Shown here: one piece after another, positions 19,179 to 28,935 of the stretch
Position numbering within the stretch: the stretch's first letter is position 1
How the letters are laid out: each line of letters starts with the position of its first letter
Source: an uncultured Chitinophagaceae bacterium
GTDB lineage: Bacteria; Bacteroidota; Bacteroidia; Chitinophagales; Chitinophagaceae
Length of the DNA stretch: 64,000 nt
Reading direction: 5' to 3'
Assembly: GCA_963826385.1 (NCBI GenBank)
Contig: CAWGWV010000032.1
Span: 77,220 to 141,219, forward strand
Program-made: the position numbers and the translations under genes
The notes under the pieces: model-generated
Databases searched by the model: none
What the model saw: the letters and a program-made list of their open reading frames with translations, nothing else
What the model was told of the DNA's origin: nothing

Positions 19179-19403
19179 CTACGCAATGTCTGCAGTAATC
19201 TTCTTGTGCTCAAAGGCGGCTTTCAGATGATGGTGAAAGAAATCACTTTTGGAGGTTGCGTTCATCAGTCCAATGTAAGTGCTGAGCGGAACATGGACAA
19301 ACTGGATAACTTCCTGTGATGTCAACTCCAGTTCCAGCGTAGCGGTTGCCGCCTCGTAGCCTACCGACACGATGGTACCGGATGAAACATTTGTTCTCTG
19401 CAT
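19179..19403 (-). CDS. KTSC domain protein
   Basis: SSGTIVSVGYE...TLELEL...FVHVPLSTYIGLMNATSKSDFFHHHLK matches the KTSC pattern. Own TAGTTTTG -7 box upstream. Confidence 0.85.
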   Translation of the reverse strand: MQRTNVSSGTIVSVGYEAATATLELELTSQEVIQFVHVPLSTYIGLMNATSKSDFFHHHLKAAFEHKKITADIA

Positions 19404-19476
19404 CGGTTGTATGTAAAGGTGCAAAACTAAAAACTGCTGTTCTGTATGCCAAATGATAGCATGGTAAGATCGTGTA

Positions 19477-20115
19477 TCAGCTTGTTAAAAATGGTTTTTG
19501 ATAAGCCGCCGTCAGGACAAACCGACGAAAAAACGTTTTTTGTTTTACCCACAAATAGTTGTACTGCCGGTATTGGGAAACGACATCGGGCAGGTGGTCT
19601 GCTTCAATATGGCAAACGGTACGGAAAAAAAAGTACATCAGCCGCAGCAAGGGTTGTTGCCAGAAGGGACGGATGCCGGATAACTGAAAATCGGTGTACA
19701 GCCACAGCCCACCGGGCTTTAATTGCCGGTGCAACCGGTCAAATACCTGCTGCATCGTGGCTTCGCTAAAATTATCCAATAAAAACGGAGTGATGACAAT
19801 GTCATACGACTTTGTTGCCGCAAACGTAATGACCGATTCCCGGATAAAGCAAACCTCATTGTTTCCGGTGTTTCTTTTGGTAGCCCTGTCAATCATTTTG
19901 GCAGAACTGTCTACGTAGTCAATATGCAGGTGTTGCGGGCAAAGGCGGGATATTTCTTCCAGTATTTTGCCCGTTCCGCCACCAACCACCAAAATGGCAG
20001 CATCGGCGGGAATGAGCGGCAACAAATACATCTGTGCCCGGTGCAGCGATTGTCCAAACAGGAGGGTGGCCAACCGGTCGTAGAAGAATGCAATCCTGTC
20101 GTAACTGCGTTTCAT
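19477..20115 (-). CDS. Class I SAM-dependent methyltransferase
   Basis: YDRIAFFYD, ILVVGGGTG, YVDSSAKM, LKPGGLWLYTDF. Confidence 0.88.
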   Translation of the reverse strand: MKRSYDRIAFFYDRLATLLFGQSLHRAQMYLLPLIPADAAILVVGGGTGKILEEISRLCPQHLHIDYVDSSAKMIDRATKRNTGNNEVCFIRESVITFAATKSYDIVITPFLLDNFSEATMQQVFDRLHRQLKPGGLWLYTDFQLSGIRPFWQQPLLRLMYFFFRTVCHIEADHLPDVVSQYRQYNYLWVKQKTFFRRFVLTAAYQKPFLTS

Positions 20116-20203
20116 GGCTTTGTATTCGGTCATGAAAGTACATGAAAAAGCCCGCAACGTCCGGAGACATAGCAGGCTGTTCTATCGTTTAAAGTCAAAA
20201 AGG

Positions 20204-21235
20204 TTATTGTAATGAAAAATTGACTTTGCCACTTGTTTTTACAATCACCGGTGTGCCGCCGCCATTCATTTTCCCATCTATCTTATCGTCTTCCACGCTG
20301 CCGCTGAAGTTGGACAAGGAACCGGTGCTGATTTTGTTGCCGGTAAGGTGCAGGTCGAGACCCTGCGCTTTGGGCAGTTGGACGGTGATGCTGCCGCCCG
20401 AGTTGCTCAGCCGCACATAATCGCCGGTTTTCACTACCTGCACGGTGATGCTGCCGCCGCTGGTAGACGTTTCCACGCTGCAGGCAAGCGCATCAAAATT
20501 GATGTTGCCACCGCTGGTGTGCGCCGACAAAGCGCCTTCTATGTTGCCGCCTTTGATATTTCCGCCGCTGGTACTGGCTTTTACGTTGCCTTTCAGGTTG
20601 CTGAGCCGCACATTGCCGCCCGAAGTGGACAGGCTCAATTTGCCGTTACAATCAGCGGCTTCAATATTGCCACCACTGGTGGTCAGGCTGATGTTGTCGT
20701 GCGAATGGTTAACAATGATGTTGCCGCCGCTGGTAGCTCCGTCAATGTCACCGCTAATGTTGTCTAAAAAAAGATTTCCGCCACTGGTTCTGAAAGATTG
20801 TGAACCATCCAGGTCATTCAATTTGATATTGCCGCCCGAAGTTGAAAGGTTGGTGGAGAAATGGCTGGGCGCATAGATGGCAAAAGAAATGCTCAATGAT
20901 TTCTTCCAGTCCATCCGGTGGTCTTTGCTTTTGGCAATGGCGGTCAGCTTGTTGTTGCTCACATCAATGGTCAGTTCATATTTTGCCAGTCGTTCTGCCA
21001 GTTCTGCTTTCTCCAGGTTTCTTCCCTGGTTGTCTTTGATATACACTTCTACCCGTGCATCGGCGCTGTTGGTACTGCTTACCGTAATGTTGCCGCCGGT
21101 CGTGCGGACTTCAGCACTGCTGATGCTACCGGTTAACGATTTGGTGAGGTAAGGTGACTGGTTGTCAGCCGGTTTTTGTGACAGGCAAACCATAGCAGGT
21201 GTAAAAGCGAGGAGAAGAAACAAATACTTTTTCAT
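20204..21235 (-). CDS. DUF4097 family beta-strand repeat protein (secreted)
   Basis: Signal peptide MKKYLFLLL and about 9 tandem TSGG(N/S)I repeats. Confidence 0.9.
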   Translation of the reverse strand: MKKYLFLLLAFTPAMVCLSQKPADNQSPYLTKSLTGSISSAEVRTTGGNITVSSTNSADARVEVYIKDNQGRNLEKAELAERLAKYELTIDVSNNKLTAIAKSKDHRMDWKKSLSISFAIYAPSHFSTNLSTSGGNIKLNDLDGSQSFRTSGGNLFLDNISGDIDGATSGGNIIVNHSHDNISLTTSGGNIEAADCNGKLSLSTSGGNVRLSNLKGNVKASTSGGNIKGGNIEGALSAHTSGGNINFDALACSVETSTSGGSITVQVVKTGDYVRLSNSGGSITVQLPKAQGLDLHLTGNKISTGSLSNFSGSVEDDKIDGKMNGGGTPVIVKTSGKVNFSLQ

Positions 21236-21333
21236 AATGATGATTTTAGTGGCGTCTGTAAATGTGAAACGATGTTGTTTGTAAAAGGTTACAAGTTGTT
21301 TGATTACTGTATAACCGTTGCCACAGCAATGTG

Positions 21334-21438
21334 CCAATGGCTGTGCCACTGCTGAAACCCTTTGCCAGTAAGGCTTTTAGAAATGAATTTGAAAAAAGGT
21401 GTCCGTAAGCGAACACCGTATGTACGTTTATTGTTGCA
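21334..21438 (-). promoter_or_regulatory. Sigma54 promoter plus tandem upstream activator sites for the DUF4097 gene
   Basis: Minus-strand TGGCAC-AGCCA-TTGG (21348-21334); palindrome TGTCCG-taag-CGAACA at 21400-21415; second site TGTACG from 21421. Confidence 0.7.
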
Positions 21439-21452
21439 TTGGCTGCTACATG

Positions 21453-23879
21453 TTATTCCGAACGCAGGCTGATAACCGGGTTTGTTAGCGCTACTTTTAC
21501 CGCCTGGTACCCAATTGTGATAAAGGCGATAAATACAGCCACCAATCCTGCCACGGCAAAGATCCACCAGCTAAGATCGGTGCGGTAAGCAAAATCCTGC
21601 AACCATTGGTGCATGATGTAATATGCCAGTGGAAAAGCAATGAGCGATGAAACCACAACGAGTTTCAAAAAATCCAGCGACAGCATGCCCACAATACCCG
21701 ATACCGTAGCTCCCAGCACCTTGCGGATGCCAATCTCCCGGATGCGCTGCTCTGCTGCATACGTCACCAGGCCAAACAAACCCAGGCAGGCAATGATGAT
21801 GGCCATAATGGCAAATGTTACCGAAATATATCCCATGCGTTGTTCGGCCTGGTAAGTCGCATTGAAATCCTCATCCATAAAAGAATAGTTAAACGGCTGT
21901 CCCGGTGCCATGGCTTTGTATTTTGTTTCAATCTGCGAAAGGAGAGCGGGGATGTTCTTCGTACCAATGCGAATGGCAATGCTTCCATTCTGGCGGCTCA
22001 GCATCAATGCAAGCGGCGTTACGTTGTCGCGCAACGAATTAAAGTTGAAGTTTTTCACCACCCCGATAATATGGTAAGTCTTGACATCGCTTTGGTTGAG
22101 ATCGGTAAGGTGGTACAAATTTTTGTTCAGTGGATCTGGAAAACCCAGCAGTTTTGCCGCCGCTTCATTGATGATGATGCCGGCAGAATCGGTCAGCATT
22201 TCCTTCGAAAAATTTCTGCCCTTTTGCAGTTGCATACCCAGTGTGGGAATGTAGTGTTCATCCACCTCCCAGATTTGCATCGAAACTGCCGTTTTCTGGT
22301 CGAGTGTCGCATCGGAAAAAAGCGGGCTGTCGCTACGCCAGCCGTTGGTGGGCAAAAAGCCGGTCATGGTGGTGCCAGTTACGCCGGCTAACTTTTGCAC
22401 TTCCTGCCTGAAGACAGCAGCTTCGTTGCCGAGTGCTTCGGTATGTTTGAGTACCAATACCTGGCTTCGGTTGTAGCCGATGTTTTTGTTTTGGATATAC
22501 TGAAGTTGCCGGTAAATGACAATGGTGCCAATGATGAGCACAATCGAAATGCTGAACTGAAACACCACGAGGCTGCTCCGAAGCCAGCTTTTTTTGAAAC
22601 CGCCTGCCAGCTTGCCTTTCAGTACATCTGCAGGCTGAAATGAAGACAGGTAAAACGCCGGGTAACTGCCCGCCAGCAATCCCGTAACGACAACTACCAG
22701 CAACAACAGAGGCAGAATCAACGGATTTGATAAGAAATAAAAAGAAATGTTTTTCAAAGCCAGTTGGTTGAAAAAGGGAAGCAACAGTGCTACCACCGCC
22801 AATGCGAGGAGCAGGGCAATGAAACTAATGAGCAACGACTCGGTAAGAAACTGCCGGATCAAATCGTTTTTACCAGACCCCAACACCTTGCGAACGCCCA
22901 CTTCCCGCGCACGGTTGGCCGACCGCGCCGTGGACAGATTCATGAAATTGACACATGCAATGAGCAAAATGAACAATGCAATGGCAGAGAAAATATATAC
23001 ATATTGTATGCTGCTGTTGGCAGATAATTCGGCTGCTTTGCTGGAATACAAATGGATTTTCGATAACGGCATTAGTGTGTAACGGTCATAGTTGCCGCTC
23101 TTTTTTATTGCTGCCAGGTCGAGGTTAAATGTTGCTTTTACCTGTGGTCCCACATATTTTTCCACCAACCCGTCAAACTGTGCTTCCAGTGCCTGCCCAT
23201 CGGTTCCGGGTTTCAACACGATGTAAGTGTTGAAGTTGTTGCTCAACCAGTCGTTTTGGCGGCTTTCGGGCGTGGTTGCCATCGAAACAAAGAAATCATA
23301 ATGAAAATGCGATTGGGAAGGTATGTCTTTGATCACGCCGGTGATCTTGTAGTTGCCGGTATCGTTGATCACGAAATTTTTTCCCGCTACCCCGCTCGTT
23401 CTGTTGAAATATTTCCGGGCAGTGCTTTCGGTGATCACGATGCTGTTGGGCTCCGTCAGCGCGGTCGTGGCGTCGCCGTCGGTCATGGGCAGTGTAAAAA
23501 CCTCAAACAATGTGGAATCGGCATAAATCACCCTGTTTTCCTGTATGTTTTCCGCTCCTTTTTTGACCAAAAAACCACCGTAATTCCGGAATCGGACATA
23601 TTGCTCTACCTGCGGAAAATCTTTTTTGAGGGTTGGTCCCATGGGGTCGGGGGCTACGGCCAATACAAAATGGTTACCGCCAAATTGTATATCTCCATCC
23701 ACGCGGTAAATGCGGCTGGCTTTGGTATTGAATTGATCATAACCAACGTCGTCCAGCACATACAGCGTTATGAGCAGGCAGGTGGCAATGCCAATGGCCA
23801 AACCAATGATGTTGATGGCTGAAAACCCTTTGTTTTTGCCGAGGTTCCGGAAGGCGACGGTAAGATAATTTTTCAACAT
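21453..23879 (-). CDS. Bacteroidota-type double MacB/FtsX ABC permease (about 800 aa)
   Basis: MLKNYLTVAFRNL, IACVNFMNLSTARSANRAREVGVRKVLG, EQRIREIGIRKVLGA, NPVISLRSE. Confidence 0.95.
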   Translation of the reverse strand: MLKNYLTVAFRNLGKNKGFSAINIIGLAIGIATCLLITLYVLDDVGYDQFNTKASRIYRVDGDIQFGGNHFVLAVAPDPMGPTLKKDFPQVEQYVRFRNYGGFLVKKGAENIQENRVIYADSTLFEVFTLPMTDGDATTALTEPNSIVITESTARKYFNRTSGVAGKNFVINDTGNYKITGVIKDIPSQSHFHYDFFVSMATTPESRQNDWLSNNFNTYIVLKPGTDGQALEAQFDGLVEKYVGPQVKATFNLDLAAIKKSGNYDRYTLMPLSKIHLYSSKAAELSANSSIQYVYIFSAIALFILLIACVNFMNLSTARSANRAREVGVRKVLGSGKNDLIRQFLTESLLISFIALLLALAVVALLLPFFNQLALKNISFYFLSNPLILPLLLLVVVVTGLLAGSYPAFYLSSFQPADVLKGKLAGGFKKSWLRSSLVVFQFSISIVLIIGTIVIYRQLQYIQNKNIGYNRSQVLVLKHTEALGNEAAVFRQEVQKLAGVTGTTMTGFLPTNGWRSDSPLFSDATLDQKTAVSMQIWEVDEHYIPTLGMQLQKGRNFSKEMLTDSAGIIINEAAAKLLGFPDPLNKNLYHLTDLNQSDVKTYHIIGVVKNFNFNSLRDNVTPLALMLSRQNGSIAIRIGTKNIPALLSQIETKYKAMAPGQPFNYSFMDEDFNATYQAEQRMGYISVTFAIMAIIIACLGLFGLVTYAAEQRIREIGIRKVLGATVSGIVGMLSLDFLKLVVVSSLIAFPLAYYIMHQWLQDFAYRTDLSWWIFAVAGLVAVFIAFITIGYQAVKVALTNPVISLRSE

Positions 23880-23921
23880 AACGGATCAGGATAAATCATT
23901 CAACAAATGGATACCGGCGGC

Positions 23922-26270
23922 TTACTCTGTCCGCAGGCTGTTCACCGGGTTTGCCAGCGCAGCTTTTAGCGTATTGGCACTCACAATCACGAGGGTCAGC
24001 AACAGCACAATGACACCCACGGCGGCAAACATCCACAGGCTGAGGTGGATGCGGTAATCGTAATGCTGCAGCCAGTTGGTCATGACCCACCACGTAACCG
24101 GAACCGCCACGAAAAAAGCAATACCCACCAGTTTTAAAAACTCTTTGGAAATGAGGAGCAACAACTCCTGCACCGAAGCGCCCAGCACTTTGCGCACCCC
24201 GATTTCACGAAAGCGTTTTTCGATGGTAAAAGCGGCCAACCCAGCCAACCCGAGTGAGCAAATGAAGAGAGCCAGGGCCGCAAACAGGTTGCTGAGTTTG
24301 CCAATGAGTTCTTCCGTAATAAATTTTTTATTGAATTCATCGTCGGCAAACTGGTATTCAAACGGGAAAGCCGGGTTGTAGGTTTTGAAAATTTTTTCGA
24401 TGGCTTGCAACGCCTGTTGCGGCTGCACACCCTCTGAGAGGCGGATGCTGGCGAAATTGTTTCCGTCGGGGCGATAGAGCATCATCAGCGGTTCTACAGG
24501 CTTGTATGGATCTGCCATCACCACATTGTCTGCAATGCCTGCCAGCGTATAATCTTTGCCTGCCCAGCTCATCTTTGTGCCGATGGGGTTCTTGAGACCT
24601 AAGGTGTTCACGGCCGCTTTGTTCAGAATCAGGTAGCCAGAATCGGCGGGCAGCCCTGAAAAGTCAGTTCCCTGCAACATTTTGATGCCAATGGTATTGG
24701 TAAAATCTTCCGACACGCCCAGCACCGCGACAATGAGGTTGTTGTTTTCAGGTTTGCCGGCAAAACCAGGTGCCGGTGAATAGTTATAAATCGCCGTAAC
24801 AGGCGCGGTACTGCTTGTGACTGACTGTACCAACCTGGTTTTCAACAGTTCCTGTCGAATCACGCCAAAGTTTTTATCAACGTCGGGCGATGATGTGGGA
24901 ATCATGATCAGGTTGTCGGGATGGTAGCCGATGTCGCGGTTTTTTACGTGCTGTATCTGCTGGTAAATAATGAGGGTAGAAGAAATGAGCAGGATGGAAA
25001 TCACAAACTGCAGCACCACCAGCACACGGCGCGGCAATGCCGCATGTTTACCCTGCAACACACTGCCCTTCAACACTTTTACGGGCTGAAACGAGGAAAG
25101 GTACAGGGCAGGATAGCTGCCGGCAATCAACCCGGTGAGTATCACCAGCGCAATGGCGCCTATCCAGAACTCTTTTTGTGCAAAGTGCAGTTCAAGATGC
25201 TCGTTGACCAGCTGGTTGAAATACGGCAGCAACAACAACACCAAACCCACCGATAGCAGGAACGCTGCCAGCGACAAAAGCATGGATTCGGTGAAAAACT
25301 GCATCATCAGTTGTCCTTTTGCCGAGCCGAGCGTTTTGCGGATGCCTACTTCCTTTGCCCGTTTTTCGCTGCGCGCCGTAGAAAGATTCATGAAATTGAT
25401 ACACGCAATCAACAAAATCACGATGGCTATGATGGTAAACAACCGCACGTATGCAATCATACCGCCTACGTTTTTCCCGTCTTTGAAATCGCTGTACAAC
25501 CGCCATTGGCTCATCGGGTGTAGGAAAAATTGACCATTGACATCCGGGGTGTGCTTTTTTACCAGGCTGGTAATGCCGTTTCCCAACGCGGTAACATTCA
25601 CAGTCGGATCCGTTTGAACATATAGGTGGGTGTAGCAATTGACCCAATCGCTCATAGCAGCTGCATCGTAGTTGTAGGGCGTAATCACATCGAACTGCTG
25701 CGTGGAATTTGCCGGAATGTCTTTGATAACGCCGGTTACTGTAACATTAAAATGGTTATCCAGCTTCACCACTTTGCCCATGGCTTCTTCTTTGCCAAAC
25801 AAAGCTTTGGCGGCAGACTCTGTTACAATGAGCGATTCGGGCAATTTCAGCGCGCCAGCAGCGTTGCCTTTTACAAACGTCCAGGGAAAGATGTTGAAAT
25901 AATGTTGGCTGACACGCAATGCATTCTGTTTCAGTATTTTGTCTCCGTACATAAGCACATGCTGTTCGCTGCCATAAGAAGTAAAAGCGGCATTCTTCAC
26001 CTGTGGAAACGTGGTTTCAACATTGCCTGCCAGCGGCAGCATCAAAGCACCGTCGGTAATGGTCTGTCCGTTAAAGTTGCGGTTGGCGATCAACTGGTAA
26101 GTTGTCTCGTAATTGGGTTGAAACGCATCCCACGAACGTTCGTTTTGCACCCACAGCAGGATCATCATGGTGCAGGTGATGCCGATGGTGAGTCCCAACA
26201 GGTTGGTAAGGCTAAAAATTTTGTTTTTGGAAAGGGTTCTCCAGGCGATGGTTAGGTAATTCGCAAACAT
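23922..26270 (-). CDS. Bacteroidota-type double MacB/FtsX ABC permease, paralog
   Basis: MFANYLTIAWRTL, IACINFMNLSTARSEKRAKEVGIRKTLG, NPVNSLRTE. Confidence 0.95.
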   Translation of the reverse strand: MFANYLTIAWRTLSKNKIFSLTNLLGLTIGITCTMMILLWVQNERSWDAFQPNYETTYQLIANRNFNGQTITDGALMLPLAGNVETTFPQVKNAAFTSYGSEQHVLMYGDKILKQNALRVSQHYFNIFPWTFVKGNAAGALKLPESLIVTESAAKALFGKEEAMGKVVKLDNHFNVTVTGVIKDIPANSTQQFDVITPYNYDAAAMSDWVNCYTHLYVQTDPTVNVTALGNGITSLVKKHTPDVNGQFFLHPMSQWRLYSDFKDGKNVGGMIAYVRLFTIIAIVILLIACINFMNLSTARSEKRAKEVGIRKTLGSAKGQLMMQFFTESMLLSLAAFLLSVGLVLLLLPYFNQLVNEHLELHFAQKEFWIGAIALVILTGLIAGSYPALYLSSFQPVKVLKGSVLQGKHAALPRRVLVVLQFVISILLISSTLIIYQQIQHVKNRDIGYHPDNLIMIPTSSPDVDKNFGVIRQELLKTRLVQSVTSSTAPVTAIYNYSPAPGFAGKPENNNLIVAVLGVSEDFTNTIGIKMLQGTDFSGLPADSGYLILNKAAVNTLGLKNPIGTKMSWAGKDYTLAGIADNVVMADPYKPVEPLMMLYRPDGNNFASIRLSEGVQPQQALQAIEKIFKTYNPAFPFEYQFADDEFNKKFITEELIGKLSNLFAALALFICSLGLAGLAAFTIEKRFREIGVRKVLGASVQELLLLISKEFLKLVGIAFFVAVPVTWWVMTNWLQHYDYRIHLSLWMFAAVGVIVLLLTLVIVSANTLKAALANPVNSLRTE

Positions 26271-26318
26271 ATCAGGTGAACATAAAAGGTGTAAAATATC
26301 ATTGGCAACTTTATTTTT

Positions 26319-26421
26319 CCAATGCCTGTGCCAGCCCTGAAACACAAGTACAGCAAGGAGGATAGGCTTTGCAGGTAGAAAAAGTGTTCGTTATCGGACA
26401 CCCGTTGTCCGAAATTGAAAT
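26319..26421 (-). promoter_or_regulatory. Sigma54 promoter plus tandem upstream activator sites for the permease pair
   Basis: Minus-strand TGGCAC-AGGCA-TTGG (26333-26319); palindrome TGTTCG-ttat-CGGACA at 26385-26400; second site TGTCCG from 26406. Confidence 0.72.
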
Positions 26422-26701
26422 GACTGCTTTTGATAAATTTTGCGAAGCAAAACAAAGAAGATCCCGGCGGTAATGTGCCATTGCAATGGGATGATCGTCA
26501 TGTATTGAAGACAATTTTTAACGGTAAAAAATTATCCGTTTCATCTTGTTCATCCGGCAATATTTTCCCTGGCAACTTCAACATTGGTTTTCCCTTTATT
26601 CATGATCCGGAATAAACAAACAGCTATCGCTATTTTATTCATTCTCAGCCTGCTTTTCCTGATTGGCACATCTTTTTCACGATAAGGATAAATTGAAGAT
26701 T

Positions 26702-27292
26702 ATGGAAGAGAAAAAGACAAACCCCATGGATTCGGAAGAAAAAGTACAGCAAAGCAAGGACGAACACATTGACGAAGACTTTCCCGGATACCCGCATTAC
26801 CCGGCCAAAGAAGACATCATGAATCCGCAAAACCACACCGAGCGCATCGAAGCCAATGTAGAAAATCTTACTCATGACGAGTTGCAGGAAAGTGGTAAAA
26901 AAAAAGACCCGATAACAGCGCCTTCCAACAACCCGAATGACCGGACGCCCGAAGATCTCGATATGGTTATGGGCACGGAAGCCGATGTAACGGAAGAAGA
27001 CATCAGCAACCTCGGCGATGCCAACCGCGACAATGATATGGATGAAGACGAAGAAATTTTTTCTGACGGTTCTGCATCAGACTTTGGTGGCACCGAAATG
27101 ACCATCAAGGATATGGCAGGTCATGACCTGCGCGACGAGCTGCAAACCACCGGCGAAGACCTTGATGTACCGGGCAGCGATCTTGATGATGCCAACGAAG
27201 ACATTGGAGAAGAAGACGAAGAAAACAATTATTACAGCCTTGGCGGCGACAGGCGGGACAATATTGAAGACGATCCGTCGTCCAGCTATTGA
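26702..27292 (+). CDS. Highly acidic, probably disordered hypothetical protein
   Basis: Open frame rich in D/E with FPGYPHYPAKEDIM and DLDVPGSDLDDANEDIGEEDEENNYYSLGGD islands. Confidence 0.8.
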   Translation: MEEKKTNPMDSEEKVQQSKDEHIDEDFPGYPHYPAKEDIMNPQNHTERIEANVENLTHDELQESGKKKDPITAPSNNPNDRTPEDLDMVMGTEADVTEEDISNLGDANRDNDMDEDEEIFSDGSASDFGGTEMTIKDMAGHDLRDELQTTGEDLDVPGSDLDDANEDIGEEDEENNYYSLGGDRRDNIEDDPSSSY

Positions 27293-27705
27293 TGTAAAAA
27301 GAATTGCACGGCCAGATCATAACCTTTCAACCCTAATCCACTGATGGTTCCCTTGCACTTTGCCGATACATGCGATATTTTGCGAAAATCTTCCCGTGCA
27401 TGCACATTGCTGATATGCACTTCTATCACCGGCGTAATGATGGATGCAATGGCATCGCCGATGGCTACGGACGTGTGCGTATAACCGCCGGGATTCATCA
27501 CAATACCATCGCCGCGAAAACCTTCCTGCTGCAGAAAATTGATCAGTTCCCCTTCTACATTGCTTTGATAATATTGAAACGTTACATCAGGATAGCGCTG
27601 TTGTAATGTGGTGAAATATGCCTCAAATGTCTGGCTGCCATAAACCGAAGGTTCGCGGATGCCCAGCAGGTTCAGGTTGGGACCGTTGATAATGGTGATT
27701 TGCAT
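27286..27705 (-). CDS. aroQ: Type II 3-dehydroquinate dehydratase
   Basis: INGPNLNLLGIREPSVYG, QSNVEGE, NPGGYTHTS, EVHISNVHARE. Confidence 0.97.
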   Translation of the reverse strand: MQITIINGPNLNLLGIREPSVYGSQTFEAYFTTLQQRYPDVTFQYYQSNVEGELINFLQQEGFRGDGIVMNPGGYTHTSVAIGDAIASIITPVIEVHISNVHAREDFRKISHVSAKCKGTISGLGLKGYDLAVQFFLHQ

Positions 27706-27735
27706 ATATTCCGATTTGCGCAGCAAAATACCCCA

Positions 27736-28746
27736 TTATTTTGTTCGTCCTTCACCGGCATCAATAAAGTACACAAAATCTACCAGGGAAGAATACACGC
27801 CGGGTTTAAAAAGGTCGTAGTTGTTGAGGTCTATCTGCAAATCGTATTGGCCCGATGCCGGGATTTTGTACGTGTAATAATAAGTATCGTTCTTTTTTTG
27901 CAGCATTCCTTTTTCCTGGAAACCCCGTTGCTTGCTGGTTAGCACAATGCCCTGCAGGTCTTTCCGGGACGTAAACGCAAACTGCACCAGCCGCCCGGCT
28001 GCCGTGCGGATAACGGACTGTGCAGGCTGGCAACGACTGATTTCGTTTTCCCGTGCACCGAGGCAAATGGTAGGATAGCTGGTAAAGGTATTCCAAGTCA
28101 CCGTATCTGTCAGCAGTTGCCACGCAGGTTGTTTGGGATAATGGTCTAAAATAAACGTTTCGGGGTCGGTGAAAAAGTACCAGTCGTTTGTTTGCGAAAT
28201 GTATTGTTTGGTTCCTTCCAGCGTATAGCCGCTGCCCCAGGTAACATCAGTAAGATTCCATTGCCCGTTGAGCCATACTGCCGCCCATGCATGGTTAACA
28301 GAAAAAGGTTCGCCGGCAAATGATTGCGTGCCGGTTTTTCCATACCCATCTATCTCGCGGGCGGTAATGCCTGTTTTTTCGCACAGCAAACAAAATACAT
28401 TGACATAACCGGCGCAGATGGTGCTTTTGTATTTCAACACCGAATCAATATGAATAGCCGTATGCCGGTCATCGCCTTCGCCATGGTTGTAGGTGATGTT
28501 TTTGGCTACCCATACATACGCAGCTTTTACGCGTGTCAGCGAATCAGGATATTGAGTGCGGATCAATTGCGCCAGCGAATCAAGGTCGCGGGAACTGTTG
28601 ACACTGAGGTTAACGGATGTCACAAACCGTTCAATTTGCGGCAGCGACGCGCTTTGGGAAAACGCAACGTGGGCAATGCAAACCATCACAAATATGGGCA
28701 AAACTGCTTTCATCATTTTACGGCTCACCTCACTAAAATAATTCAT
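27736..28746 (-). CDS. Secreted transglutaminase-like (CYK3/KY-type) cysteine hydrolase domain protein
   Basis: Cys-His-Asp triad in ICAGY, NHAWAAV, DVTWGSG; FFTDPETFILDHYP; N-terminal signal-like segment. Confidence 0.85.
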   Translation of the reverse strand: MNYFSEVSRKMMKAVLPIFVMVCIAHVAFSQSASLPQIERFVTSVNLSVNSSRDLDSLAQLIRTQYPDSLTRVKAAYVWVAKNITYNHGEGDDRHTAIHIDSVLKYKSTICAGYVNVFCLLCEKTGITAREIDGYGKTGTQSFAGEPFSVNHAWAAVWLNGQWNLTDVTWGSGYTLEGTKQYISQTNDWYFFTDPETFILDHYPKQPAWQLLTDTVTWNTFTSYPTICLGARENEISRCQPAQSVIRTAAGRLVQFAFTSRKDLQGIVLTSKQRGFQEKGMLQKKNDTYYYTYKIPASGQYDLQIDLNNYDLFKPGVYSSLVDFVYFIDAGEGRTK

Positions 28747-28882
28747 TTGCCGGGCATCAGTCGCCAATGCTTTATTAAAAAAATGGCTGGTTGCGGGTAG
28801 CGGGATTCCTGTGGTTTGTAAATAAAGTATTGGCAACGTATGCGAGAATGGATTGATCAGTAGCCTGACAGGTAAAATAATC

Positions 28883-28910
28883 AAACGCCGGCAAAAGGTT
28901 GCCGGCGTTT
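28883..28910 (-). terminator. Terminator after carA
   Basis: AAACGCCGGCAA-aagg-TTGCCGGCGTTT. Confidence 0.7.
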
Positions 28911-28935
28911 AAAAAAATGATATTGACTACAATGC

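Noticed and set aside
19179-19403. KTSC gene as a sign of a prophage or mobile element
   Set aside because: No integrase, transposase, att-like repeats or phage genes nearby.
20300-21120. Regularly spaced TTGCCGCC / GCTGCCGCC repeats resembling a CRISPR or repeat array
   Set aside because: They are the coding TSGGNI repeats of the DUF4097 protein and vary at synonymous positions.
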